This document shows, piece after piece, positions 50,104 to 58,596 of a stretch of 62,512 nucleotides of DNA. Both the position numbers and the translations under genes were made by a program. Location: sequence record DRR378314_1366, one strand, 5' to 3'. A model generated the notes under the pieces. It saw only the letters and a program-made list of their open reading frames with translations, was not told the DNA's origin and did no database searches. Numbering within the stretch: the first letter of the stretch is position 1; each line of letters begins with the position of its first letter.

Positions 50104-50347
50104 AGGAAAAATGGCATTATGGATTCTTAAATAAAAAACCTTACAAAATTAGGGGTTTTTTGTGCTTGAGACCAATACTCAAAAGCTTTTCTATCAAAAT
50201 AGTATCAACAATCCATATTTAGATGATTTTTCGTCCTTTTTGGTCTGGTACTCATAACATTTTGATAACAATAACATTTTGCACTTGGAAAAATGGAGAT
50301 TATAATGTATAATGAAAGCTTAAAACACTTATAAACCAGATATAAGA

Positions 50348-51211
50348 ATGAGGCAGCTAAAAATCATTAAACAGGTCACCAACCGAGAATCGAAATCACT
50401 TGACAAATACTTGCAGGACATCAGTAAAATCGATTTGATCACAGCGCAAGAGGAAGTTGAGCTAGCACAGAAGATCAGGGCCGGAGACCAAGCTGCTTTG
50501 GAAAAATTAACGAATGCCAATCTTAGATTTGTGGTTTCCGTGGCGAAACAATATCAAAATCAAGGGCTTAAATTACCCGATTTAATCAATGAAGGGAACG
50601 TTGGACTGGTTAAAGCCGCCAAGCGTTTTGATGAAACCAGAGGATTTAAATTTATTTCTTACGCGGTTTGGTGGATTCGCCAATCCATTTTGCAAGCCTT
50701 GGCAGAACAGTCCCGTGTGGTTAGATTGCCCTTGAACAAGATTGGATCCATCAACAAGATAAAAAAGACATTTTCTTACTTGGAACAGGCGCACGAACGT
50801 CCACCATCTCCAGAAGAAATAGCCAAGGAATTGGACATGACGGTTTCCGAAGTAAAACAATCCTTAAAAAATACAGGGAGACACGTATCCATGGATGCCC
50901 CTCTAAAAGAGGGAGAAACTTCCAACTTGTACGATGTGTTGAATGCCGGTGACTCACCAAAACCAGATAAAGGTTTGATGCACCAGTCCTTGAACACTGA
51001 AATAAACAGGGCCTTGGACACACTTTCTCCAAGAGAAGCCGATGTGGTTCGACTATATTACGGTATCGGAGACCAACCTTCCATGACCTTGGAAGAAATT
51101 GGCAGTACCTTTGATTTGACAAGAGAACGTGTGCGTCAAATCCGTGAAAAAGCCATTAGAAAACTAAGGCACACCTCAAAAAGTAAGATATTGAAGTCTT
51201 ATTTAGGGTAA
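50348..51211 (+). CDS. RNA polymerase sigma factor, RpoD/SigA family (Bacteroidetes type lacking region 1.1), possibly a paralog
   Basis: [34 protein letters not shown]. Confidence 0.93.
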   Translation: MRQLKIIKQVTNRESKSLDKYLQDISKIDLITAQEEVELAQKIRAGDQAALEKLTNANLRFVVSVAKQYQNQGLKLPDLINEGNVGLVKAAKRFDETRGFKFISYAVWWIRQSILQALAEQSRVVRLPLNKIGSINKIKKTFSYLEQAHERPPSPEEIAKELDMTVSEVKQSLKNTGRHVSMDAPLKEGETSNLYDVLNAGDSPKPDKGLMHQSLNTEINRALDTLSPREADVVRLYYGIGDQPSMTLEEIGSTFDLTRERVRQIREKAIRKLRHTSKSKILKSYLG

Positions 51212-51358
51212 AATCCTCCCTTAATTCCTCCAAATGAGGGAAACATTTCCCCCTTGGGGAGACTAGAAAGGGAAACATCTATAAAATTCATAGAAACCAA
51301 AGTAAAAGTAAAGCAGGCCTACAGATAAAGGCATGGTTTTAACCTTTAACTAGATAAT

Positions 51359-51394
51359 AAAAAAGGGGATGTTGCGCGAGCAACATCCCCTTTT
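51359..51394. terminator. Bidirectional Rho-independent terminator
   Basis: AAAAGGGGATGTTGC-GCGA-GCAACATCCCCTTTT perfect stem. Confidence 0.88.
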
Positions 51395-51413
51395 CCATGA
51401 TATTCACTTAAAC

Positions 51414-51515
51414 TTAGGATTTGCTCAAAAGACTAATATCAAAGTCCGTGAGCATGTCTTTCAAATCTTGAATAAAGTTCAAGTAAGCGGTGTTTTCTTT
51501 GTTATGGTTTTTCAT
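51414..51515 (-). CDS. Small peptide A, 33 aa (MKNHNKENTAYLNFIQDLKDMLTDFDISLLSKS)
   Basis: Translated by hand; TTACC before the ATG; shares a motif with peptide B. Confidence 0.65.
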   Translation of the reverse strand: MKNHNKENTAYLNFIQDLKDMLTDFDISLLSKS

Positions 51516-51542
51516 GGTAACAAATTTTGGGGTGTTGGTCAA

Positions 51543-51641
51543 CTATAGATAATCAAGTTCGGCAAGTTCGTTAACTGTCAAAATTTCGTTCAGTTCTTGT
51601 AAAAATGCCAGGTATTCTTCGCCGTAGGTATCGTATAACAT
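51543..51641 (-). CDS. Small peptide B, 32 aa (MLYDTYGEEYLAFLQELNEILTVNELAELDYL)
   Basis: Translated by hand; TTACC before the ATG; shares a motif with peptide A. Confidence 0.65.
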   Translation of the reverse strand: MLYDTYGEEYLAFLQELNEILTVNELAELDYL

Positions 51642-51718
51642 GGTAATCTTTGGTTTGTTTGTCGGGGTTTTAGGTATAACGTTAATTCATTTTAAAGATT
51701 ATTTTAAAATCGTAAAAT

Positions 51719-51748
51719 GTGGTGAAAATCCCACTTTGGGTGGTGAAA
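51719..51748 (-). promoter_or_regulatory. LytTR-type direct repeat, TTTCACCAC x2 with a 12-bp spacer
   Basis: GTGGTGAAA at 51719-51727 and 51740-51748 on +. Confidence 0.55.
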
Positions 51749-51750
51749 TT

Positions 51751-52110
51751 CTACTTCTGTTTCATGTTTAAAATGTCCAGTTCTATCTCAAAGTCCAGAT
51801 CTTTGTCCACCTTGCTTGGCCTTATGTTGAATTCATCATAAATAAAGCAAAGGTTCATCGGTAATCGCCTTCGTTCTATTTCGGACATAAGCCCCAATTT
51901 GGATTGCAACTCATTTTTAATTTCAAAAGCCTTATTACTTATTTTGGGGTTTTCATGGGATTCCAACTCGGCAAGAAAAGGAATTTCTTTTCTGTCCCCT
52001 ACTTCCAACATTTCGTCCATCAACATCAATTGACATTCAAGGTCCTTGGCGTGTTTGAACAAAGGGTAAAATATGCTTTGCAGGTATTTGGGGAGTTCTT
52101 TGTTTGCCAT
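51751..52110 (-). CDS. Hypothetical protein with HEAT-like helical motif
   Basis: Start at MANKELPKY; EVGDRKEIPFLAELESHENPKIS. Confidence 0.7.
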   Translation of the reverse strand: MANKELPKYLQSIFYPLFKHAKDLECQLMLMDEMLEVGDRKEIPFLAELESHENPKISNKAFEIKNELQSKLGLMSEIERRRLPMNLCFIYDEFNIRPSKVDKDLDFEIELDILNMKQK

Positions 52111-52123
52111 GGTTGACGTGTTT

Positions 52124-52903
52124 TCACATAGTTCGGAACATTTCCATCTCAAAATCTATCTGCTCCTGAATGCGCGGATATTCTTGAAGAAACTGATCGT
52201 ATAAAAAAGTAAGGTGCTTTACATCCTTATCTGTTTTACAAAGTCTCGAAATTTGTTGCACCACTTCCAATAGGCCGTGAATGTTCATCATACGCAGGGA
52301 GGGCATCATTTTTTGACAGGACTGCTGCAGCTCGTCAAAATTCTCGTTCATAAGATTGACTTTGGAACTGCCAATAAATTCAAATATATTTTGCTTGAAC
52401 ATGCGAACGAGCTCCTCCAACAGTTCCATTTGCCCCATACAATCTTCTAGTACAGGTTTCAAATCAACTTTTTGGGAAGCAAACCCAGCTTGCAAGCTTT
52501 TTTCTATGAATTCAAAATCGGTAGCCATACAGTCTGTATTTTTAACAGAATCTTGATTTTCTTCCTTTGTGTTTTGCACCATTTTTTTAAGCGCTTCCAC
52601 AATTTCTTTTTGACCGTTGGACAATGTTGTTTTTTCCAAGCTGTTTATGAGCGACAAAAACTTTGTGGCATCAGATTCGGTGAAACGTTTACTGTCCAGG
52701 CTTTGGATCCCTACTTTTTCGTAGATACTTTCGAGTTGTTTCATTTCTGATATTCCAAATACTTTGCTCTCCAATCCAAACTTGAACATCTCAAAGGATT
52801 TTTTAAGCTCACCTGCCTCAACAACTCCCAATTCCTCATAAGAAAATGAACTTAACCCTATCTCGAGCTTTTCCAAATACGTTAACAATTCACGTGTTCC
52901 CAA
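52124..52903 (-). CDS. Protein with C-terminal Hpt-like domain (His position replaced by Gln)
   Basis: VDL..VLEDCMG..ELLEELVRMF..DELQQSCQKMMPSLRMM. Confidence 0.7.
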   Translation of the reverse strand: MGTRELLTYLEKLEIGLSSFSYEELGVVEAGELKKSFEMFKFGLESKVFGISEMKQLESIYEKVGIQSLDSKRFTESDATKFLSLINSLEKTTLSNGQKEIVEALKKMVQNTKEENQDSVKNTDCMATDFEFIEKSLQAGFASQKVDLKPVLEDCMGQMELLEELVRMFKQNIFEFIGSSKVNLMNENFDELQQSCQKMMPSLRMMNIHGLLEVVQQISRLCKTDKDVKHLTFLYDQFLQEYPRIQEQIDFEMEMFRTM

Positions 52904-53031
52904 TTTTTTGCGGTATAAGGTTATTAATCATTCTAAAAGTGTTGATAATACCGAGGTTTTACAATTTATTGTTTCGTAGTGCCTATATTTTGTTGTCAAA
53001 TTGCGTTATTTGTATGTGTAAAAAACCAACC

Positions 53032-54315
53032 ATGAAATATTTTTATTTATTACTAAGTATTACATTATTGATCTCCTGTGGAGAAAAGAAACCTGAAGAG
53101 ACCGAGACCTTGGAGGAAAAAGCCCAAAGGATTCACGATTCCGTGATTACGATTGATACGCACGACGATATCAACGTTCAGAATTTTACGGACAGTATCA
53201 ACTACACACAACGACTGGAAACTCAAATCAATATTCCGAAAATGGAAGAAGGTGGACTGGATGTTGCATGGCTAATCGTTTATACGGGTCAGGACACCTT
53301 GACAGCCAAAGGCTACGCCAAAGCCTCCGAGAATGCCATTTCCAAATTTGAAGCCATTCACAAGTTGTGCGAGGACATTGCCCCGGACCAGATTGAATTA
53401 GCATTGACTTCGGATGATGTTAGAAGAATTGTGGCGGCAGGGAAAAAAGTTGCGATGATCGGTGTGGAAAATGCTTACCCGATCGGTGAAGACCTATCCA
53501 AAATTGAAGAATACCATAAACGTGGTGCGCGATATATGTCGTTGTCCCATAACGGGCATAGTCAGTTCAGCGATTCAAATACAGGAGAAAAGGACAGCGT
53601 TTGGATGCACAACGGCCTGAGTGATTTGGGCAAAGAAGCCGTGGCGGAAATGAACCGCGTTGGAATGATGATCGATGTTTCCCATCCATCCAAAGAAGCT
53701 ATGAAACAGATGGTCGAGTTGACAAAAGCTCCCATTATTGCTTCGCACTCTTCGGCAAGGGCTCTTTGCGACCATAGCCGTAATTTGGATGATGAGCAAT
53801 TGATGTTGATGAAAGAAAATGGCGGTGTGGTACAAACCGTTGCCTTCAGTTCGTATTTGAACACCGAAAAGCACGAAGCCCGTTCCGCTTATATGAGCGA
53901 AGTCTATAAAAAAGTAGCCGATTCATTGGACATTGCTTGGTATGAGCGTTCTCAGTTCTCTTCGTTGACCGATGAGCAACGTGAGGAATTCTTTGCCAAC
54001 TACCGAAAAGTAATGAGTATAGGTGAAGAAAAGGCCGAAACCGACCCTAATGCACCACCTGCAGTGAACGTATCGGATTTTGTGGACCACATTGACTATA
54101 TGGTCGATTTGATCGGAATTGAACACGTAGGTATCAGCTCCGATTTTGATGGAGGTGGTGGTATAGAAGGCTGGTCAGATGCTTCTGAAACCTTCAATGT
54201 TACCCTGGAGCTCGTAAAAAGGGGCTATACCGAAGAGGAAATAGCCAAATTATGGGGCGGTAACCTGTTAAGAGTGTTGGACGAGGTTCAGGCCGTGGCC
54301 AAAACCTTAAACTAA
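53032..54315 (+). CDS. Membrane dipeptidase (M19) lipoprotein
   Basis: IDTHDD, GVENA, IDVSH, ASHS, HIDY, SDFDG. Confidence 0.93.
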   Translation: MKYFYLLLSITLLISCGEKKPEETETLEEKAQRIHDSVITIDTHDDINVQNFTDSINYTQRLETQINIPKMEEGGLDVAWLIVYTGQDTLTAKGYAKASENAISKFEAIHKLCEDIAPDQIELALTSDDVRRIVAAGKKVAMIGVENAYPIGEDLSKIEEYHKRGARYMSLSHNGHSQFSDSNTGEKDSVWMHNGLSDLGKEAVAEMNRVGMMIDVSHPSKEAMKQMVELTKAPIIASHSSARALCDHSRNLDDEQLMLMKENGGVVQTVAFSSYLNTEKHEARSAYMSEVYKKVADSLDIAWYERSQFSSLTDEQREEFFANYRKVMSIGEEKAETDPNAPPAVNVSDFVDHIDYMVDLIGIEHVGISSDFDGGGGIEGWSDASETFNVTLELVKRGYTEEEIAKLWGGNLLRVLDEVQAVAKTLN

Positions 54316-54731
54316 GAAGCGGACTTTTCCTCTTCTTTTTCCTTTTTGGCCAAACGGTCTTTAACATATTCTATTTTCGTTTTACCGTGGGCCTTGGAAT
54401 TGCCATTTTCATCTAGGTTGACCATAATAATATTGTCTACGGTAACAATACTTTCGTGGGTCATCTTATTTCTTACTTCACAGTTAAGCGAGATAGAGGT
54501 GACCCCGAATTTTATCACCTCGATACCAATTTCTATGATATCCCCCTCTTTGGCGGTGCTCATAAAATTGATTTCGGACATATATTTGGTCACAATTTTC
54601 TTGTTCTCCAGTTGAATAATACTGTACAAAGCAGCCTCTTCGTCTATCCAGGCAAGTACTTTACCTCCAAAGAGCGTTCCATTGGCGTTCAAATCCTCTG
54701 GCTTTACCCATTTTCTTGTATGAAATCGCAT
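54312..54731 (-). CDS. Acyl-CoA thioesterase (hotdog fold)
   Basis: DLNANGTLFGG..LAWIDE. Confidence 0.92.
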   Translation of the reverse strand: MRFHTRKWVKPEDLNANGTLFGGKVLAWIDEEAALYSIIQLENKKIVTKYMSEINFMSTAKEGDIIEIGIEVIKFGVTSISLNCEVRNKMTHESIVTVDNIIMVNLDENGNSKAHGKTKIEYVKDRLAKKEKEEEKSAS

Positions 54732-55063
54732 AGTTGAAACTTTTAGAATTCTCTTACAAAGTTAGCCCAATCCTTTGAAGATTTTCTTGTTAACCTGTTT
54801 AATTTATGCGAATTACGAAATTGAAATATTTGTTGGTCGCCGAATATGGAGTAAATAATTTTCAATGCCCAAGATTCTAAACTTGATCAATTCAGGCCCT
54901 TTTAATTGGACAAATCCTTTTGAGGGTTTTGGTGAGAAGCTGTTTTTGGATTATTGGATGAATTGTAAAAGGGTATGGCTTTTTGACCGCGCTAGAATTG
55001 ACAATTGATAATTGTTCGTTGAACCCGACACAAATAGGCACAAATTATCGCGAATGTTCTTTT

Positions 55064-55185
55064 TGTCATTCTGAGCAAATCGAAGAATCTCTGGTCCTGA
55101 GTTTTTTTCCAATTCCTAATATTAAACTCTGAACAGCTACCCTCTGCTTCCTGTTTACTGACTTCCGACTACTGATCACCGAATT
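55064..55185. repeat. REP-like palindrome plus a 7-nt-period tandem repeat
   Basis: TGTCATTCTGAGC..CGAAGAATCT (55064-55090); CTGCTTC CTGTTTA CTGACTT CCGACTA CTGATCA CCGAATT (55144-55185). Confidence 0.55.
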
Positions 55186-55202
55186 ATTTAACTTTTGTCT
55201 CT

Positions 55203-56102
55203 TTAATCGAACAGTCCCTTTTCAAGGGGCAAGGTCGTCTTTGGAATGTGTAAGTCACAGCCCATTTTGGCATTCAGTTGTTCAATAAAGTAGGCTGACA
55301 GCAAGGGAGATTCCAATTCAAGGTTCTGGTGCACAAAGAAATGGATGTTCTCCAGCCCTATGGATTTCCAGGTGGATAAACGCGCTATCCAATCGTCCAA
55401 ACGGGTGTAATCCGATTTGTGATTGGCACCCACATAGCGTACAAAAGCCTCGTTTTTGGTCAAACGCATATGCATAAGGTCACGCCTTCCTGCGGTATCC
55501 ACCAAAATATTGGCAATGTTGTTTTCTTCCAATAAATGATAGAGTTCTTGGGCGACTTTTTCGTCCGTAAACCAATCCGTGTGCCGAAACTCCATGGCCA
55601 GTGGAAACTCCTTGGGCCAATATTCCACAAAGCGCACTACCCTATCCCAGTTTTTTGGGCCAAAGTTATTGTGCATCTGTAAAAAGATGGTCCCGAGTTT
55701 TTCTCCAAGCAATGATGTTACTTCCAAGTAGCGGTCCGCGGCTTCCAGGGCTTTGTCGTTCATTCGGCGAAGGTGGCTGACCTCATTGGTCATTTTTGGA
55801 AAGAATTTAAAGCCTTCCGGTGTTTTGTCCCGCCACTTTTCATACTGTTCCGCAGGAAAGATGCGGTAGAAGGTAGCATTGAGTTCAATACTGTTGAACT
55901 GTGTAGAATAGTAAGCTAACTCATCTTTTGTGCCTCTTGGATAGAAATTCTTGAGTTCTTGCCTGTTCCATTTGGCACAGCCTACAAAAACCTTGGTATC
56001 AGCACCGGTTTTGTTCTTTTTCAGGACTACTGGAGTTTCCTGATGGTCCGGTGGGATGGTAAAATCTATAAGTTCTGGGTGGTCAACTTTGCCGAATTTC
56101 AT
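55203..56102 (-). CDS. DUF72 (YecE-like) protein
   Basis: FNSIELNATFY, EFRH..WF, FFVH motifs. Confidence 0.9.
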   Translation of the reverse strand: MKFGKVDHPELIDFTIPPDHQETPVVLKKNKTGADTKVFVGCAKWNRQELKNFYPRGTKDELAYYSTQFNSIELNATFYRIFPAEQYEKWRDKTPEGFKFFPKMTNEVSHLRRMNDKALEAADRYLEVTSLLGEKLGTIFLQMHNNFGPKNWDRVVRFVEYWPKEFPLAMEFRHTDWFTDEKVAQELYHLLEENNIANILVDTAGRRDLMHMRLTKNEAFVRYVGANHKSDYTRLDDWIARLSTWKSIGLENIHFFVHQNLELESPLLSAYFIEQLNAKMGCDLHIPKTTLPLEKGLFD

Positions 56103-56155
56103 TAAGACATCTTTTTATTTAATAAAGGTAAAGTTTAGGAAAGGTGACTCCAAAT

Positions 56156-56187
56156 AAAAACCCCTACCATTTTGGAGGGGCTTTTTT
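56156..56187. terminator. Probable bidirectional terminator
   Basis: AAAAA-CCCCT(A)CCA/TGGAGGGG-CTTTTTT. Confidence 0.6.
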
Positions 56188-56226
56188 CAACTTATATGGT
56201 GTTGTTAATGATGAGGAATCTATATT

Positions 56227-56478
56227 TCATCGATAACAAGATTTTTTTTTAAGATGTGATATCTGAAATTGAAAAAGGGCTTTTATTATATGGTACCGTG
56301 AAAAATTATTTTTTTTATTAATGATTTTTTCGCATGTTGACCGAATAGGTTTTTTTAAAAAGGATATAGGATTTTTGAATAATGCAATAGCTAAAGGATA
56401 ATCTTTGAAGAATTCCAAAAGTGCTTTGCCAAATTCCAGAAGGCTAGTAAAAAACTCTATCCAAGTTGTTACTTCCAC
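56227..56478 (-). CDS. Doubtful AT-rich hypothetical protein
   Basis: 83 aa ORF with GTG start downstream of the TA pair; no recognisable motif. Confidence 0.25.
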   Translation of the reverse strand: MEVTTWIEFFTSLLEFGKALLEFFKDYPLAIALFKNPISFLKKPIRSTCEKIINKKNNFSRYHIIKALFQFQISHLKKKSCYR

Positions 56479-56551
56479 AAAACTAAAATAGAAATTTCCT
56501 TTTCAACCATCATGGAATCAGGTCAATAGTTTTCAAAAAGTTATTAACCTT

Positions 56552-56857
56552 TTATTTTATCTCCTTATTTAGTTTAGAGGGATTTTGTCTGTTATCAAAG
56601 ATTGTAACTATATATATCGTTTGGGAATTAAATTGGTAGTATAAGGTGGTTTGTTTGGAAATCACACATTTATGTAATCCTGATTTTTTGTCGGATTTTG
56701 GAAAAATCTTAGGGTTACTCTTGATTAAATCAATGGACTTATCCAGTTTTTCAACGAAATCCGACTTAACTTTCAACGACCAATTTTCCTGTAAGTAGTC
56801 TAAGAGTTCTGAGATTTTCTTTTCCGCAGTTTTAGAAATCTTGACCTTTCTGCTCAT
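56552..56857 (-). CDS. Type II toxin, RelE/ParE family
   Basis: SKTA..KI..LLDYL..NW, NPKIFP, TIFDNRQNP. Confidence 0.88.
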   Translation of the reverse strand: MSRKVKISKTAEKKISELLDYLQENWSLKVKSDFVEKLDKSIDLIKSNPKIFPKSDKKSGLHKCVISKQTTLYYQFNSQTIYIVTIFDNRQNPSKLNKEIK

Positions 56858-56859
56858 TC

Positions 56860-57081
56860 TTATCTATGCTTTGCCATAAACGAATCAAAGTCAACAACAT
56901 CTCCATTTTCAATTTCAGAAATCCCTTGATTTATTTCTGCTTGTTGCTCGGTAGTCAATTCATCCCAAAAATCTGCTGCCCCCTGATTTTTAAAAATTTG
57001 TTTGATGGATTGAATAATCTTAGGGTCGTTGGTGTTCAACAACATTTTTATCAATTCGATTTTTTCCGTTTGAATATTCAT
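56860..57081 (-). CDS. Putative antitoxin (addiction-module component)
   Basis: 73 aa acidic protein with DFWDELT..Q.AEI.QG, 2 nt upstream of the toxin. Confidence 0.8.
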   Translation of the reverse strand: MNIQTEKIELIKMLLNTNDPKIIQSIKQIFKNQGAADFWDELTTEQQAEINQGISEIENGDVVDFDSFMAKHR

Positions 57082-57193
57082 AATCAACATTTTTAAGAAC
57101 GAAGATAATGAATCTTTTAGATTACTTATATTACTTTTCTATAGTACACTTTTGATTTAGAACCACTTGAATAATAAATTGTTATCTTTAGGC

Positions 57194-57310
57194 ATGTCAT
57201 TTTCTATCACATTTTTTAAAGTCTCCAAGATATTCAGGTATTGGGTTATGCTCGAATTTTCCATCTGTGCACTATGCCTGATCATTTACTGGATTTCCAA
57301 ATTACTTTAA
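57194..57310 (+). CDS. Possible small TM protein, 38 aa (MSFSITFFKVSKIFRYWVMLEFSICALCLIIYWISKLL)
   Basis: Translated by hand; one hydrophobic helix. Confidence 0.3.
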   Translation: MSFSITFFKVSKIFRYWVMLEFSICALCLIIYWISKLL

Positions 57311-57419
57311 ATTTCCCAGAAACATCTTTGTTGTCTTTGTTCATAACATCGTTGACAACTATTGCCATATTTACAAGTGTGCGATTCATCATTCTGTAAT
57401 TTTATTAAAAATCACAACC

Positions 57420-57836
57420 ATGGATTCACAATCCGACCGTAGGTTGGACATTCGTCCAAGTATTCCAGAGTCACATTTTAACAGTCAAATGGGTTTTAGC
57501 GAGCATTTTCAGAACAAGACCCTACGTCCTGTAATCAAACTCCAAAACGATTTATTGGTAGAGGCATTCAAGAATTATGCGAACAAGCACAAGGGTGTTT
57601 TTTACGAACTTTCCTTGGAGAAAAAGTTCCATTACATTGAGCGCGCTATCCAAAAGGATATCAAATTTAGGAATTCCCTAAAGGGAATGGTCATTGGGCA
57701 GTTCACGGTAAAGGAGTACCAAGATTACGTTACCAATTCCTCCGCCCTTAACAAACGGATGATGAATATGGTGGTGGAACGGCTAAAGGATCAGATTCAA
57801 CTTTTGGAGGAAGAAGAAGCCTTATTCCAAAATTGA
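57420..57836 (+). CDS. Conserved hypothetical protein
   Basis: FQNKTLRPVIKLQNDLL..KGMVIGQFT..EY pattern of a family I recall from Flavobacteria. Confidence 0.75.
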   Translation: MDSQSDRRLDIRPSIPESHFNSQMGFSEHFQNKTLRPVIKLQNDLLVEAFKNYANKHKGVFYELSLEKKFHYIERAIQKDIKFRNSLKGMVIGQFTVKEYQDYVTNSSALNKRMMNMVVERLKDQIQLLEEEEALFQN

Positions 57837-58505
57837 TTCTCCATTTAAGTTGGTGGTGAGGATATCGCTCATCAAATCAAAATAAGGGCGAATGGCCTTG
57901 AAAGACCTGTCCACTTCTTCTAAAAAAGATGAGGACAGCACTTCTTTGTCGGTAAAGTTCCGCACAAACACAAACTGTTTCTTTCTGATCAAGTCGATAT
58001 CAGGATGTTCTTTGTCAAAACCTTTAGGTGCGGTTTTTACTTCATCCCCACTAAGTTCGCCCCAAATTGTTTTGAATTCCTTTTGGTTGATAAGCCCCCT
58101 AAATTCTGAAGCATCCATTTCCAGTTCTTTTCTAATCCGGTAAAGGTCTTCCTTGTTCGGAGCCCAGAATCCAGTGGCTAAAAAAGACTCGCCCGGTTTT
58201 ATGTGCATATAATAGCCTCCCCGTAAATGGGCGCCCAAACGAGAAAAAGAACCAGCAAAATGACTTTTGTAAGGTGTTTTGTCCTTAGAAAAACGTACAT
58301 CACGATAAATACGAAACAACTTCATTTTTTCAATCTCATCGTGATGGTTCAAATTATCCTTGACAGCCTCAAGAAATGATTTTATATCGGATTTATGTTT
58401 CTTAAATGCAGGTTTGTGTGCTTCGAACCAATCTCTATTATTGTTCTTTTTAAGTTCGGTCAAAAAATCAAAAACTTCTTTGGATATCGTAACGTTGGAT
58501 GCCAT
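57822..58505 (-). CDS. DUF2461 (TIGR02453) protein
   Basis: NNNRDWF and FRIYRDVRFSKDKTPYK. Confidence 0.92.
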   Translation of the reverse strand: MASNVTISKEVFDFLTELKKNNNRDWFEAHKPAFKKHKSDIKSFLEAVKDNLNHHDEIEKMKLFRIYRDVRFSKDKTPYKSHFAGSFSRLGAHLRGGYYMHIKPGESFLATGFWAPNKEDLYRIRKELEMDASEFRGLINQKEFKTIWGELSGDEVKTAPKGFDKEHPDIDLIRKKQFVFVRNFTDKEVLSSSFLEEVDRSFKAIRPYFDLMSDILTTNLNGESILE

Positions 58506-58596
58506 ATACCGATAATATGTTATTTTTAAACTAAAGTTAACTTTTTCTCATGGGTATGGTAAGGATTTATCTAATTTTAAGACAATAAAGCACAGT

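Noticed and set aside
51414-51641. RiPP precursor peptides matured by the radical SAM enzyme
   Set aside because: The radical SAM protein is the HhH-containing DNA-repair type, about 6 kb away; no leader motif, transporter or peptidase is adjacent
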